Part shown: one piece after another, positions 47,285 through 57,249 of the stretch | Position numbering within the stretch: the first letter of the stretch is position 1 | Layout of the letters: every line of letters begins with the position of its first letter | Source of the DNA: Chloroflexota bacterium | GTDB lineage: Bacteria; Chloroflexota; Dehalococcoidia; GIF9; UBA5629 | NCBI GenBank assembly: GCA_026389695.1 | Contig: JAPLHI010000036.1 | Coordinates: forward strand, 1-61,559 | Length of the DNA stretch: 61,559 nucleotides | Direction: 5' to 3' | The notes under the pieces: generated by a model | Told to the model about the DNA's origin: nothing | Seen by the model: the letters and a program-made list of their open reading frames with translations, nothing else | Databases searched by the model: none | Position numbers and translations under genes: made by a program

Positions 47285-47956
47285 GTGGGACATAAAGTTC
47301 ATCCCTATGGTTTCAGGATAGGTGTCATACGAGGATGGAAAGCCAAGTGGTATGACGAGAAGCACTATCTGGAAGCTCTGCACGATGATTTGAAATTGAG
47401 GAAGGCCGTCAAAGCCAGGCTTAAAGAAGGCGCAGTGGCAAGGGTTGAAATAGATCGGCAGGGGAATGATATACTTGTCACCATCTTTACAGCACGCCCT
47501 GGCATCGTAATCGGCAGGGGTGGACAGAGGGCTGAGGAACTGAGGTCCGAATTGGAGAAACAATGCGGTAAGAAAGTTAAGCTTTCTATCAAGGAAGTAG
47601 AACAACCGGAACTTGAAGCTATGCTGGTAGCACGCAATGTGGCAGACCAACTGGAAAGGCGTGTTACTTTCAGACGGGCAATGAAGCAGGCTGTTTTTAA
47701 AACCCGCCAGGCAGGCGCCAAGGGTATTAAAATCAGCTGCGCAGGAAGACTGGGTGGGGCAGAAATAGCAAGGCGAGAGACTATCCACGAAGGCCGATTA
47801 CCGCTGCACACATTAAGTGCGGATATAGATTATGGTTTAGCTGAAGCTGCTACAACGATGGGCAATATTGGCGTTAAAGTATGGATTTATAAAGGCAACA
47901 TTATACCCGAGGTAAGGAGAGAAAGTGCTACAACCAAAACGAGTGAAGTATCGTAA
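47285..47956 (+). CDS. rpsC: 30S ribosomal protein S3
   Basis: GTG start, [16 protein letters not shown] domain. Confidence 0.97.
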   Translation: MGHKVHPYGFRIGVIRGWKAKWYDEKHYLEALHDDLKLRKAVKARLKEGAVARVEIDRQGNDILVTIFTARPGIVIGRGGQRAEELRSELEKQCGKKVKLSIKEVEQPELEAMLVARNVADQLERRVTFRRAMKQAVFKTRQAGAKGIKISCAGRLGGAEIARRETIHEGRLPLHTLSADIDYGLAEAATTMGNIGVKVWIYKGNIIPEVRRESATTKTSEVS

Positions 47957-48365
47957 GTGCCATCGCGGTCACCTCAGGGGTCAGGCACAATCCGGTAACA
48001 CCATTGTTTTTGGTGACTACGGCTTAAAAGCTGAGGAAGCTCACTGGATTACTGCGCGGCAGATAGAAGCAGCCCGCCGCGTTATTGTCAGGTATCTGCG
48101 CCGTGGCGGCCAGGTATGGATACGCATTTATCCCGATAAGCCTGTAACCAAGAAACCGGCAGAAACCAGAATGGGGAGCGGTAAAGGTAACGTTGATCAC
48201 TGGGTAGCTGTTGTCAAACCGGGGAGAGTACTTTTTGAAATAGGTGGAATTAAGGAAAACATGGCAATGGAAGCGATCCACCTGGCTTCTTATAAACTAC
48301 CAATTAAAACGAAATATATAGTACGTGAAACCCTTAAAGAAGAGGTAAAAGGTGAAACTCACTGA
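47925..48365 (+). CDS. rplP: 50S ribosomal protein L16
   Basis: [11 protein letters not shown]...RMGSGKG. Confidence 0.97.
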   Translation: MLQPKRVKYRKCHRGHLRGQAQSGNTIVFGDYGLKAEEAHWITARQIEAARRVIVRYLRRGGQVWIRIYPDKPVTKKPAETRMGSGKGNVDHWVAVVKPGRVLFEIGGIKENMAMEAIHLASYKLPIKTKYIVRETLKEEVKGETH

Positions 48366-48549
48366 AATTCGGGCACTGGGCGAAGCTGAACTGAATAGGA
48401 AGCTGGAGGAAGCTCATCAGGAGCTTCTTAACTTACGATTTAAACTAGCTACACGGCAGTTGGTGAATCATCGCGAGTTACCCAAAGTTAAGAAGAGGAT
48501 AGCCAGGATTAACACCATAATTAGAGAGAGGGAGCTTGGCAAGAAATAA
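48352..48549 (+). CDS. rpmC: 50S ribosomal protein L29
   Basis: 65 aa, [25 protein letters not shown]. Confidence 0.95.
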   Translation: MKLTEIRALGEAELNRKLEEAHQELLNLRFKLATRQLVNHRELPKVKKRIARINTIIRERELGKK

Positions 48550-48552
48550 AAA

Positions 48553-48852
48553 ATGGAAAAAAACCGTAAGAGTAGAGTAGGCAGAATAGTCAGTAATAAA
48601 ATGGATAAAACAGTGGTTATCCGGGTGGAGAGCCTGCGAAGGCATCCTCTCTATCATAAAGTGATCAGGCATGTCTCTAAATTTAAGGCACATGATGAGA
48701 ATAATTCTTGTAACACAGGCGATGTTGTGAGAATTGTTGAAACCCGTCCCTTATCCAGGGACAAGAGATGGAAGGTCGTTGAAATAATTCAGAAGAAAGA
48801 AGCAGTCGAGGCTGTAAAAGACGAGTTGGCACAGGTAAATCAGGAGAAATAA
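48553..48852 (+). CDS. rpsQ: 30S ribosomal protein S17
   Basis: [17 protein letters not shown]...HDENN.C..GD.V.I.E.RPLS. Confidence 0.96.
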   Translation: MEKNRKSRVGRIVSNKMDKTVVIRVESLRRHPLYHKVIRHVSKFKAHDENNSCNTGDVVRIVETRPLSRDKRWKVVEIIQKKEAVEAVKDELAQVNQEK

Positions 48853-48855
48853 GAA

Positions 48856-49224
48856 GTGATTCAGACCTTAACCAGGCTCAAGGTAGCAGATAACACGGGT
48901 GCCCGGCAAGTGATGTGCATTGGGGTACCCGGTGGAACGCGAAGGCGTTACGCCGGTGTGGGTGATGTAATTACCTGCAGCGTAAAAAGGGCTATACCCG
49001 GTGGAGTTGTGAAAAAAGGCGATGTGGTCAAGGCAGTTATAGTTCGTGTGGCCAACCATCATCATCGACCGGATGGCTCATATGTACGGTTCGATGATAA
49101 TGCTGCTGTGATACTTGATGATAAAGGCAATCCCAAGGGAACCAGGATTTTCGGCCCTGTAGCAAGAGAATTAAGGGATAAGAACTTCATGAAGATTATT
49201 TCCCTGGCCCCGGAGGTACTCTGA
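48856..49224 (+). CDS. rplN: 50S ribosomal protein L14
   Basis: [17 protein letters not shown]; 122 aa. Confidence 0.97.
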   Translation: MIQTLTRLKVADNTGARQVMCIGVPGGTRRRYAGVGDVITCSVKRAIPGGVVKKGDVVKAVIVRVANHHHRPDGSYVRFDDNAAVILDDKGNPKGTRIFGPVARELRDKNFMKIISLAPEVL

Positions 49225-49225
49225 G

Positions 49226-49537
49226 ATGAAGATTCAAAAGAACGATACCGTCATCATCATAGCAGGTAAGGACAAGGGGAAAAAGGGAAAGGTACGCAAA
49301 GCTTTACCGGTAAAGGAAAGAATCATTATAGAAGGTTTGAACTTAATTAAGCGGCACTCCAAAACAAAGGGTAAAGCCAGGCAGGCAGGAATCATCGAGC
49401 TTGAAGGACCTGTTCACGTTTCTAACGTGATGGTTATATGCAATAAATGCAATAAGCCGGCGCGTATTGGATACCGGGAGCTTGAAGACGGTAAGAGAGC
49501 CAGGTACTGTCATAACTGCTCGGAGATCATGGATTAA
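49226..49537 (+). CDS. rplX: 50S ribosomal protein L24
   Basis: KIQKNDTVIIIAGKDKGKKGKV (KOW motif). Confidence 0.96.
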   Translation: MKIQKNDTVIIIAGKDKGKKGKVRKALPVKERIIIEGLNLIKRHSKTKGKARQAGIIELEGPVHVSNVMVICNKCNKPARIGYRELEDGKRARYCHNCSEIMD

Positions 49538-49554
49538 ACTGAGGTAACTCGATA

Positions 49555-50097
49555 ATGACAAGGCTAAAAGATAGATATAATAAAGAAATAGTCGCCCAGA
49601 TTATGAAAAAGCACAAGTACAAGAATATTATGGAAGTAGCCAGGCTCACTAAGATTGTACTTAATATCGGTTTGGGCGAATCGCTTGCTAATCCTAAAGC
49701 TATGGAAGCTGCTGAAAAGGATCTGACTGCTATTGCAGGTCAGCATGCCGTTGTAACGAAAGCTAAGAAGTCCATTGCCTCTTTTAAACTACGAGCCGGG
49801 GTTCCCATAGGAATTATGGTTACACTGCGCGGTAAACGAATGTATGAGTTTTTCGATAAACTTGTCAGCGTTGTCCTCCCTAGAATACGTGATTTCCAGG
49901 GAATATCCAGGGATGCTTTTGATGGACAGGGTAATTATACTCTGGGGCTGAAAGAGCAGATTGTATTCCCGGAGATTGAATATGACAAGGTCGACAAAAC
50001 CAGGGGGCTGGAAATAACGGTTGTTACTACGGCCAAGACAGATGAAGATGGCAGACGATTGCTTGAAGCGATGGGTATGCCTTTCAGAAAAAATTAA
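49555..50097 (+). CDS. rplE: 50S ribosomal protein L5
   Basis: [11 protein letters not shown]...; 180 aa, spc-operon position. Confidence 0.97.
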   Translation: MTRLKDRYNKEIVAQIMKKHKYKNIMEVARLTKIVLNIGLGESLANPKAMEAAEKDLTAIAGQHAVVTKAKKSIASFKLRAGVPIGIMVTLRGKRMYEFFDKLVSVVLPRIRDFQGISRDAFDGQGNYTLGLKEQIVFPEIEYDKVDKTRGLEITVVTTAKTDEDGRRLLEAMGMPFRKN

Positions 50098-50109
50098 TAG
50101 GGTAAAATT

Positions 50110-50295
50110 ATGGCGAAGACTTGTAAGATACTAAAATCGAACCGACCGCCTAAATACAGGGTGCAGCAGCACAACCGCTGCCGCCTGTGCGGAAGGCCAA
50201 GGGCATATATAAGGAAGTTTGGTATATGCCGCATATGTTTCCGCACATTAGCCTTGAACGGAGAGCTTCCGGGGGTCAGGAAATCGAGCTGGTAA
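50110..50295 (+). CDS. rpsN: 30S ribosomal protein S14, zinc-binding type Z
   Basis: 61 aa with [22 protein letters not shown]. Confidence 0.96.
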   Translation: MAKTCKILKSNRPPKYRVQQHNRCRLCGRPRAYIRKFGICRICFRTLALNGELPGVRKSSW

Positions 50296-50319
50296 TAATA
50301 TTAGCGGAGTATTTAATCG

Positions 50320-50712
50320 ATGGTTACTGATCCAATAGCTGATATGTTAACACGGTTGCGCAACGGCGCTATGGCACGTCACGACAGCGTCATGATTCCT
50401 GCTTCCAAGATGAAATTGGCAATCGCCAAGATTATCAGAGAAGAAGGCTTTGTCGCTGATTATACGCTGGTTAAAAGTGAGCCGCAGCGCATGATAAAAG
50501 TTACACTGAAGTATATTGATAAACAGCCGGCATTTTTAGGATTGGAAAAGGTGAGTAAACCCGGCCTGCGTGTATATGCAGGGAAAAGGGAAATACCCAG
50601 GGTGTATGGCGGTATCGGTATTGCAATAATATCTACATCTAAAGGCGTTATGACGGGCCAGGACGCCTGGAAAAAGAATCTTGGCGGCGAAATATTATGT
50701 TATGTATGGTAA
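50320..50712 (+). CDS. rpsH: 30S ribosomal protein S8
   Basis: DPIADMLTRLRNG...; 130 aa. Confidence 0.97.
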   Translation: MVTDPIADMLTRLRNGAMARHDSVMIPASKMKLAIAKIIREEGFVADYTLVKSEPQRMIKVTLKYIDKQPAFLGLEKVSKPGLRVYAGKREIPRVYGGIGIAIISTSKGVMTGQDAWKKNLGGEILCYVW

Positions 50713-50734
50713 TCCAAATTTGTGAGGTGAATCT

Positions 50735-51289
50735 GTGTCCCGAATAGGAAAAATGCCGGTAGCCATCCCTGCCGGGGTTAAAATCAAAATCGATGGCAGG
50801 GAAGTTACTGTTGAGGGAAGCAAAGGGAAAATAACCCGAGTATTTCACCCGGATATCAAGATAATCCAGGAAGGCGGGAGTCTGATCGTGTCAAGACCCA
50901 CTGATAACCGAAATCACAGGGCTTTGCATGGATTGAGCCGCTCGATCCTGGCAAATATGGTAGAAGGGGTTACCAAAGGCTTTGAGAAAAGCTTGGAACT
51001 ATCCGGCGTTGGCTATCGAGCACAAAAAGCAGGCACTAAATTGACTCTTCAAGTAGGTTATAGCCATCCCGTGGAGTTCGAATCGCCCAAAGGAATTGAC
51101 ATTACGGTCGACGGAACAAATAAAATCCGTATTGTCGGTATTGATAAAGAGCTTGTAGGTGAAACGGCTGCAGAGATCAGGCGGATTCGCATCCCGGACT
51201 CTTATAAGGGTAAGGGTATTAAATATTTGGGAGAAAGATTACGCCTGAAGGCTGGTAAAGCCGGTAAAACAGCTACAAAGGGGAAATAG
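50735..51289 (+). CDS. rplF: 50S ribosomal protein L6
   Basis: GTG start, SRIGKMPVAIPAGV. Confidence 0.97.
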   Translation: MSRIGKMPVAIPAGVKIKIDGREVTVEGSKGKITRVFHPDIKIIQEGGSLIVSRPTDNRNHRALHGLSRSILANMVEGVTKGFEKSLELSGVGYRAQKAGTKLTLQVGYSHPVEFESPKGIDITVDGTNKIRIVGIDKELVGETAAEIRRIRIPDSYKGKGIKYLGERLRLKAGKAGKTATKGK

Positions 51290-51292
51290 TAA

Positions 51293-51658
51293 ATGCCTAA
51301 GGTTAGCGCTAACTTAGCAAGAAAAAGACGGCATGCCCGCGTAAGGGACCATGTTGCGGGTACCGCAAATAAACCGAGGCTTTGTGTTTTTCGCAGTCTC
51401 AATAATATTCATGCTCAAATAATTGATGATGTAGATGGTAAAACAATTGTTTCGGCTGGTAGTCTCATAGCTGAGATAAAAGAACAAACAGGTGGAAAAA
51501 ATAAAACCCAGGTTGCTGAACTTGTGGGCTCTCTTTTAGCCAGGGCTGCCAAAGAAAAGGGGATTGCCCGGGTTGTATTTGATAGGGGTGGTTATAAATA
51601 CCACGGCAGGATCAAAGCTCTGGCTGAATCAGCACGGAAAGCAGGATTAGAATTTTGA
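51293..51658 (+). CDS. rplR: 50S ribosomal protein L18
   Basis: RKRRHARVR...PRLCVFRSLNNIHAQIID. Confidence 0.97.
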   Translation: MPKVSANLARKRRHARVRDHVAGTANKPRLCVFRSLNNIHAQIIDDVDGKTIVSAGSLIAEIKEQTGGKNKTQVAELVGSLLARAAKEKGIARVVFDRGGYKYHGRIKALAESARKAGLEF

Positions 51659-51668
51659 GGATTAATAT

Positions 51669-52196
51669 ATGAAAGCAGTAACGAAAATATATGCTCCTAT
51701 AATAAGAGTTGATGCCAGCGAGCTGGAGCTGAGCGAAAAACTGGTAACCCTGAACCGCGTTACAAAGGTTGTCAAGGGCGGCAAGAACATGCATTTTAGA
51801 GCGCTCGTAGTCGTAGGTGACGGTAAAGGGCATGTGGGAGCCGGCCTGGGCAAAGCGAGGGAAGTACCGGAAGCCATCCGCAAAGCAGGGGTTGCTGCTA
51901 AGAAAAACTTGGTTACCGTGACTTTTAAAGAAAGCACGATACCGCATGAAATCCTTGCCAAGTATGGTTCTGCGAAAGTCTTACTTAAACCGGCGCCTCC
52001 GGGTACCGGTGTGATAGCCGGCGGCGGAGTGCGAGCCGTAATTGAGGCTGTTGGGGTAAAAGACATATTAACGAAATCACTGGGTTGCGCTAATCCTATT
52101 AACGTTGCCAAAGCAACAATTATGGCTCTGGCCAATCTTAGAAATCCTCAAGAGACGATCGATAGAAGAAAAGCACATAATACTGAGGGGAACTGA
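51669..52196 (+). CDS. rpsE: 30S ribosomal protein S5
   Basis: [30 protein letters not shown]. Confidence 0.97.
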   Translation: MKAVTKIYAPIIRVDASELELSEKLVTLNRVTKVVKGGKNMHFRALVVVGDGKGHVGAGLGKAREVPEAIRKAGVAAKKNLVTVTFKESTIPHEILAKYGSAKVLLKPAPPGTGVIAGGGVRAVIEAVGVKDILTKSLGCANPINVAKATIMALANLRNPQETIDRRKAHNTEGN

Positions 52197-52200
52197 GCAA

Positions 52201-52395
52201 GTGGCTAAATTGATTATTAAGTGGATAAAAAGCGGTATAGGTTACCCCCGCGATCAGCGAGGAACGATGAAGGCTCTGGGCTTTCACAGGTTAAACGAAG
52301 TGGTCGAAAAAGAAGATACTCCAACCATCCGGGGTATGATTAATAAGGTAAACCATCTGGTTTCAGTAGAAGAGAAAGGAAATGGACCAAAGTAA
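52201..52395 (+). CDS. rpmD: 50S ribosomal protein L30
   Basis: GTG 52201; (M)AKLIIKWIKSGIGYPRDQRGTMKALGF. The longer track ORF from 52105 overlaps rpsE. Confidence 0.9.
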   Translation: MAKLIIKWIKSGIGYPRDQRGTMKALGFHRLNEVVEKEDTPTIRGMINKVNHLVSVEEKGNGPK

Positions 52396-52849
52396 TTTAA
52401 AACCTCCGGCAGGAGCCAAGCACAAGAAAAAACGTGTTGGCTGCGGCGACGGTAGCGGACATGGAACGTTTTCTACGCGGGGATGTAAAGGACAGAAATC
52501 GCGCTCCGGCCGCGATTTGCGTCCCGGCTTTGAGGGTGGGCAGTTGCCACTCATCAAACGTCTGCCCTGGAAGCGTGGTTTTACTAAGGTAAACAGGATA
52601 GAATACAGTATCGTTAATGTCGGAGACCTGAGATTATTCGACGCAAATTCTGAAGTTGGGATTGAATCGTTGCTTGAAAACGGACTGATTAAAAACGTCA
52701 GTCATCCCATTAAAATTCTGGGTACCGGAGAACTTGACCGGCCTCTAACCGTTAAGGCCAATAAATTCTCTGCTTCTGCGAAAGGTAAAATTGAATCAGC
52801 CGGCGGTAACTTCTCGGTATGCTGGATATGTTCAGCGGCGGCGCCATGA
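52382..52849 (+). CDS. rplO: 50S ribosomal protein L15 (3' end runs into secY sequence)
   Basis: KKKRVGCGDGSGHGTFSTRGCKGQKSRSG, KANKFSASAKGKIESAGG. The last ~9 codons (CWICSAAAP) are out-of-frame secY sequence. Confidence 0.9.
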   Translation: MDQSNLKPPAGAKHKKKRVGCGDGSGHGTFSTRGCKGQKSRSGRDLRPGFEGGQLPLIKRLPWKRGFTKVNRIEYSIVNVGDLRLFDANSEVGIESLLENGLIKNVSHPIKILGTGELDRPLTVKANKFSASAKGKIESAGGNFSVCWICSAAAP

Positions 52850-53943
52850 GAAATTTCAGCGTTGCCGCGATGGGTGTATATCCCTATATTACATCGTCGA
52901 TTATTATGCAATTGCTGGTACCGGTTATACCCGCTTTGAGGAGACTTTCCGAGGAGGGAGAATCCGGAAGAAATAGAATTAACCAGATTACTCACTGGCT
53001 TACCATACCTCTGGCGGCATTGCAGGGATTTGCGCAATTGCAGCTGCTACGCAGTCAGGGTGCAGTCGTTAGTACCACAGGACTTGAAACGGTGGGTATT
53101 GTAATATCTATGACTGCCGGCACGTTGTTCCTTGTCTGGATTGGCGAGTTGATAACTGAACGCGGCATTGGTAACGGGGTGTCAATCATAATCTTTGGCG
53201 GGATCGTTGCCGGTTTGCCGGAGCAGTTAGGCCGTGGATTTGTGGCAAAAGATAACTGGATGGGCGTGGTCATTTTTGCGCTTCTGGCACTGGCCACGGT
53301 AGTAATGATCGTAATATTTACAGAAGGACATCGCCGCATACCGGTTCAATATGCGCGCACTGCTTTTAAAGGCGGCAAAATGTACCGCCAGGCGGGTTCA
53401 ACTTATATTCCTTTGCGGGTGAACATGGCAGGCATGATACCGCTTATATTTGCCATGTCTTTGATGATTTTTCCGGGCACTATAGCGAGTTATTTTGCCG
53501 CTCCCCAGGGGCAGGATGCCAACTTTGCCAATACGATACTGACATGGTTCAGCCCGAATTCACCCATGCCGGTGGGATTATTCTACTGGGTGGCGTATTT
53601 CTTGCTGGTTGTTGCTTTTACATTCTTTTATACCATGGTTATTTTTGAGCAAATGGATCTGGCGCGTACGTTGCAGAGGCAAGGTGGTTTCATTCCGGGT
53701 GTTCGCCCGGGGAAGCCAACCACGGATTATCTGAACGGAGTGATAAGCCGGCTAACCTGGGGTGGCGCATTATTTCTGGCACTGGTGGCCATAATGCCGT
53801 TTTTTGCCAGGGAGATAACCAATACGGGGTTATTGACCCTGTCGAGCACCGGCATACTCATTGTCGTTGGCGTCGCGCTCGATACCATGAAGCAGATTGA
53901 AGCGCAGCTTACCATGCGGCGCTATGAAGGTTTCTTAAAGTAA
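52819..53943 (+). CDS. secY: preprotein translocase SecY, lacking the first ~60 residues (TM1) as encoded here
   Basis: The ORF starts at MLDMFSGGAMRNFSVAAMGVYPYITSSIIMQLL, which corresponds to about residue 60-95 of E. coli SecY (MFNMFSGGAL...PYISASIIIQLL). All upstream codons in this frame are closed by stops at 52753-52809. Confidence 0.9.
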   Translation: MLDMFSGGAMRNFSVAAMGVYPYITSSIIMQLLVPVIPALRRLSEEGESGRNRINQITHWLTIPLAALQGFAQLQLLRSQGAVVSTTGLETVGIVISMTAGTLFLVWIGELITERGIGNGVSIIIFGGIVAGLPEQLGRGFVAKDNWMGVVIFALLALATVVMIVIFTEGHRRIPVQYARTAFKGGKMYRQAGSTYIPLRVNMAGMIPLIFAMSLMIFPGTIASYFAAPQGQDANFANTILTWFSPNSPMPVGLFYWVAYFLLVVAFTFFYTMVIFEQMDLARTLQRQGGFIPGVRPGKPTTDYLNGVISRLTWGGALFLALVAIMPFFAREITNTGLLTLSSTGILIVVGVALDTMKQIEAQLTMRRYEGFLK

Positions 53944-53956
53944 GGAGGATTTTAAT

Positions 53957-54616
53957 ATGTTTTTTGTATTGCTTGGTGCACCCGGGGCTGGGAAGGGTAC
54001 CCAGGCAGATATTATAGTCAAAGAAATGTCTTTGCCGCATGTGGCTTCCGGTGACCTGTTCAGGCAGGCTGTTAAGAACGGAACTGAACTGGGCAAGCAG
54101 GCTGAGTCTTATATGAAAGCAGGCAAGCTTGTGCCCGATGAAATTACAATTAAGATGATAACTGAGCGCATTGCGCAGCAGGACTGCAGAGACGGTTGTG
54201 TTTTTGACGGTTTCCCCAGGACCATGGAGCAGGCAAAAGCGCTTGATGCATCTCTTGAGAAGCAGGGAAAATCGATTGAGAAAGCAATTTACATAGAGGT
54301 CCCCGAATCTGCATTACTAGACAGGCTGACAGGCCGCTTCGTTTGCCGTACCTGCCAGTCACCCTACCACAAAAAGAACTCGCCACCGAAGAAGGAAGGA
54401 GTGTGCGATAAATGCAGCGGCGAACTTTATCAGCGGGCAGATGACCAGGAAGCAACTATCAAAGAACGTCTCAAGGCCTATTTTGCCCAGACTATGCCCC
54501 TGCTTGAGTACTACGACAAGAAAGGCAGATTGTTCAGGGTTAACGGCAATCAGCATATCAGCGAAGTCGGCAAAGATATCGTTAAGTTCCTTGCAGGATT
54601 GAAACAGAAGAAATAG
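53957..54616 (+). CDS. adk: adenylate kinase (zinc-lid type)
   Basis: GAPGAGKGTQA P-loop; lid with CRTC...CDKC. Confidence 0.96.
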   Translation: MFFVLLGAPGAGKGTQADIIVKEMSLPHVASGDLFRQAVKNGTELGKQAESYMKAGKLVPDEITIKMITERIAQQDCRDGCVFDGFPRTMEQAKALDASLEKQGKSIEKAIYIEVPESALLDRLTGRFVCRTCQSPYHKKNSPPKKEGVCDKCSGELYQRADDQEATIKERLKAYFAQTMPLLEYYDKKGRLFRVNGNQHISEVGKDIVKFLAGLKQKK

Positions 54617-55366
54617 ATGACAATTATCAAATCGGCCGCAGAAGTAGCGATAATGAGAGAGGCGGGAAGGATTGTGGCTATAATCCTTCAAAAACTGAGC
54701 GAAGCGGTTAAGCCGGGTATAAAAACACGCTCGCTTGACGACCTTGCAGAGAATGAAGTTAGCAAGTGGAATTCTGCCCGCGCTTCTTTTAAGGGTTATC
54801 ACAATTTCCCGGCCAGTATATGCGTATCGGTCAATGACGAGGTAGTACATGGTATTCCCGGCAACAAGGTTTTGAAAGAAGGAGATATCGTCTCTTTAGA
54901 TTTTGGCGTGATTTATAAAGGATTTCAGGGCGATGCTGCTGTTACCGTCGGTGTAGGCAGGGTCAGCCCCGATGCCCGAAAGTTAATGGATGCTACTCGA
55001 ACTGCGCTGGCTGAAGGTATCAATGCCGCCCGTAACGGAGGTTACCTCGGTGATATCGGAGCGGCAATACAGGCGTATGCCGAATCCAGAGGATATAGCG
55101 TAGTGCGTGAATATTCGGGGCACGGCATCGGCAGGGACATGCATGAGGATCCGCTGGTACCTAACTTTGGCAGGAAGAGTGATGGTATTAGATTGAGAGA
55201 GGGCATGACTCTGGCTCTTGAGCCTATGGTCAATATGGGTAATTGGAAAACAAGGCTCAATAACAATGGGTGGACAGTACATACGGCTGATGGGAGCCTT
55301 TCCGCTCATTTTGAGCATACTATCGCCATAGGAAAAGACGAGGCCGAAATTCTCACCTTGTTATAA
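54617..55366 (+). CDS. map: type I methionine aminopeptidase
   Basis: 249 aa; VVHGIP, D..G..GD and EHT metal-ligand context; spc-operon position. Confidence 0.95.
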   Translation: MTIIKSAAEVAIMREAGRIVAIILQKLSEAVKPGIKTRSLDDLAENEVSKWNSARASFKGYHNFPASICVSVNDEVVHGIPGNKVLKEGDIVSLDFGVIYKGFQGDAAVTVGVGRVSPDARKLMDATRTALAEGINAARNGGYLGDIGAAIQAYAESRGYSVVREYSGHGIGRDMHEDPLVPNFGRKSDGIRLREGMTLALEPMVNMGNWKTRLNNNGWTVHTADGSLSAHFEHTIAIGKDEAEILTLL

Positions 55367-55375
55367 AATTATTAT

Positions 55376-55594
55376 ATGAATAAAAAAGAAGCTATTGAGG
55401 TCGAAGGCACGGTAATTGAATCACTGCCTAATGCTACATTTAGAGTGGAGCTGGCTAACGGACATAAAGTACTGGCACACATATCAGGGAAAATGCGAAG
55501 GCATTACATTAGAATATTGCCAGCCGATAAGGTGCTTGTAGAGCTGTCACCTTATGATCTTACGCGCGGCAGGATTACTTACCGGTTCAAGTAG
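55376..55594 (+). CDS. infA: translation initiation factor IF-1
   Basis: 72 aa; [34 protein letters not shown]. Confidence 0.97.
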   Translation: MNKKEAIEVEGTVIESLPNATFRVELANGHKVLAHISGKMRRHYIRILPADKVLVELSPYDLTRGRITYRFK

Positions 55595-55610
55595 TAATTG
55601 AATGATTGTT

Positions 55611-55639
55611 TTGACATAAAGTAAATAAAGTTTTATAGT
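55611..55639 (+). promoter_or_regulatory. candidate internal promoter ahead of rpmJ-rpsM-rpsK-rpsD-rpoA-rplQ
   Basis: TTGACA (55611-55616), 17 nt, TATAGT (55634-55639). Confidence 0.45.
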
Positions 55640-55675
55640 ATTAGACGGTTTTTTCAATTGAGGATATAATCGTAA

Positions 55676-55789
55676 ATGAAGGTCAGAGCATCGGTTAAAA
55701 AGCGTTGTGAAAAGTGTAAAATTATCAGGCGCCGTGGAGTGGTGAGGGTTATTTGCACTAACCCCAAGCATAAGCAGCGTCAGGGATAG
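55676..55789 (+). CDS. rpmJ: 50S ribosomal protein L36 (absent from the ORF track)
   Basis: [37 protein letters not shown]; 37 aa. Confidence 0.95.
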   Translation: MKVRASVKKRCEKCKIIRRRGVVRVICTNPKHKQRQG

Positions 55790-55809
55790 TCATAGGAGTA
55801 AGATAAAAC

Positions 55810-56196
55810 ATGGCTCGTATAGCAGGCGTAGATATCCCCAGGGAAAAGCAGGTACTGTTTTCCATTCAGTATATTCACGGGATAGGGCCGGCCATCAGTC
55901 GAAAAATACTCACTAACTGTAAGATTGACCCTGCAAAAAAGGTGAAGGATTTGACTGAAGAGGAAGTCAGCCATATACGTGAGAGAATCGACAAGGAATA
56001 TACTGTCGAGGGTGAACTTAGAAAAGAGATCAATATGAATGTTAAACGCCTGATTGAGATAGGCTCACGCCGTGGCATCAGGCATAAGAGAAGTCTTCCT
56101 GTAAGGGGACAGCGGACGCGTACGAATGCGCGTACCAAGCGTGGTGCTAAGAAGACGGTAGCCGGCCGCGGTCAAAAACGCATGACCAAGAAGTAA
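55810..56196 (+). CDS. rpsM: 30S ribosomal protein S13
   Basis: [13 protein letters not shown]...; 128 aa. Confidence 0.97.
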   Translation: MARIAGVDIPREKQVLFSIQYIHGIGPAISRKILTNCKIDPAKKVKDLTEEEVSHIRERIDKEYTVEGELRKEINMNVKRLIEIGSRRGIRHKRSLPVRGQRTRTNARTKRGAKKTVAGRGQKRMTKK

Positions 56197-56213
56197 AGGA
56201 GTAACCAGGTAAT

Positions 56214-56606
56214 ATGCCGCAGAAAAAGAAAGTTAGAACAAAAAAGCGTGAACGTAAACTGATACATGAAGGGAAAGCCTTCATACAATCAAGTTTTAAT
56301 AATACCATTATCACGTTAACTGATGTTAAGGGTAGTGTTATTGCCTGGGGAAGTTCAGGCACAGCAGGGTTTAAAGGATCCCGTAAAGGAACTCCGTACG
56401 CAGCTCAGATGGCTGCCCAGGCGGCTTCAGCCAAAGCTAAAGAGCATGGTCTGCGCCAGGTAGAAGTCTTTGTACGCGGCCCCGGCAGCGGAAGGGAAGC
56501 TGCGATAAGAGCTATTCAAGCATCAGGGATTGCTGTGACGGGTATCAGGGATATTACACCGGTGCCGCATAATGGATGCAGGCCCAGAAAAAGAAGGCGA
56601 GTATAA
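56214..56606 (+). CDS. rpsK: 30S ribosomal protein S11
   Basis: [36 protein letters not shown]. Confidence 0.97.
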   Translation: MPQKKKVRTKKRERKLIHEGKAFIQSSFNNTIITLTDVKGSVIAWGSSGTAGFKGSRKGTPYAAQMAAQAASAKAKEHGLRQVEVFVRGPGSGREAAIRAIQASGIAVTGIRDITPVPHNGCRPRKRRRV

Positions 56607-56608
56607 TT

Positions 56609-57241
56609 ATGGCTAGATATACTGAGGCATATTGTCGTCTGTGTCGCCGTACGGCCACTAAACTCATGTTAAAGGGAGAGAGGTGCTTTACTGAAAAGTG
56701 CGCTTTGGAACGCAGAAATATCCCGCCGGGATTTCATTCTACAGGAAAGCGCCGTAGCAAGTTGTCTGACCGTGGACTTCAGCTTCTGGAAAAGCAAAAG
56801 GCAAGGTATACATACGGATTGCTTGAAAGGCAGTTCAGACGCTTCTTCGAAGAGGCGGCGCGAATGCAGGGTATCACGGGTGGAAATCTGCTTACTTTGC
56901 TCGAGAGGAGGTTGGACAATGTGATTTTTCGTCTCGGTTTTGCTGATTCCCGTTCACAGGCAAGGCAGATACTTCGCCACGGTCATTTTAAATTGAACGG
57001 CCGTAAAACTGATATCCCCTCATGCCTGGTCAAAGCCGGCGATGTGATAGAGTGGAGAAAGGAAAGCACAAAGTCCGAGTATTATAAAATTCTTGTTGAG
57101 AGGATAGAGGATAAGGATGTCCCTGCATGGTTATCTCTTGATAAAGGTAATATGGTTGGTAAAGTTCTAACCCTGCCTGCAAGGGAGGATATTAGGACTA
57201 ACTTTGATGAAAAAGCCATCGTGGAATATTATTCCCGATAG
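56609..57241 (+). CDS. rpsD: 30S ribosomal protein S4
   Basis: ATG 56609 gives MARYTEAYCRLCRR (zinc-ribbon type) and an S4 RNA-binding domain. The track ORF from 56576 overlaps rpsK. Confidence 0.95.
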   Translation: MARYTEAYCRLCRRTATKLMLKGERCFTEKCALERRNIPPGFHSTGKRRSKLSDRGLQLLEKQKARYTYGLLERQFRRFFEEAARMQGITGGNLLTLLERRLDNVIFRLGFADSRSQARQILRHGHFKLNGRKTDIPSCLVKAGDVIEWRKESTKSEYYKILVERIEDKDVPAWLSLDKGNMVGKVLTLPAREDIRTNFDEKAIVEYYSR

Positions 57242-57249
57242 GAGGATTA

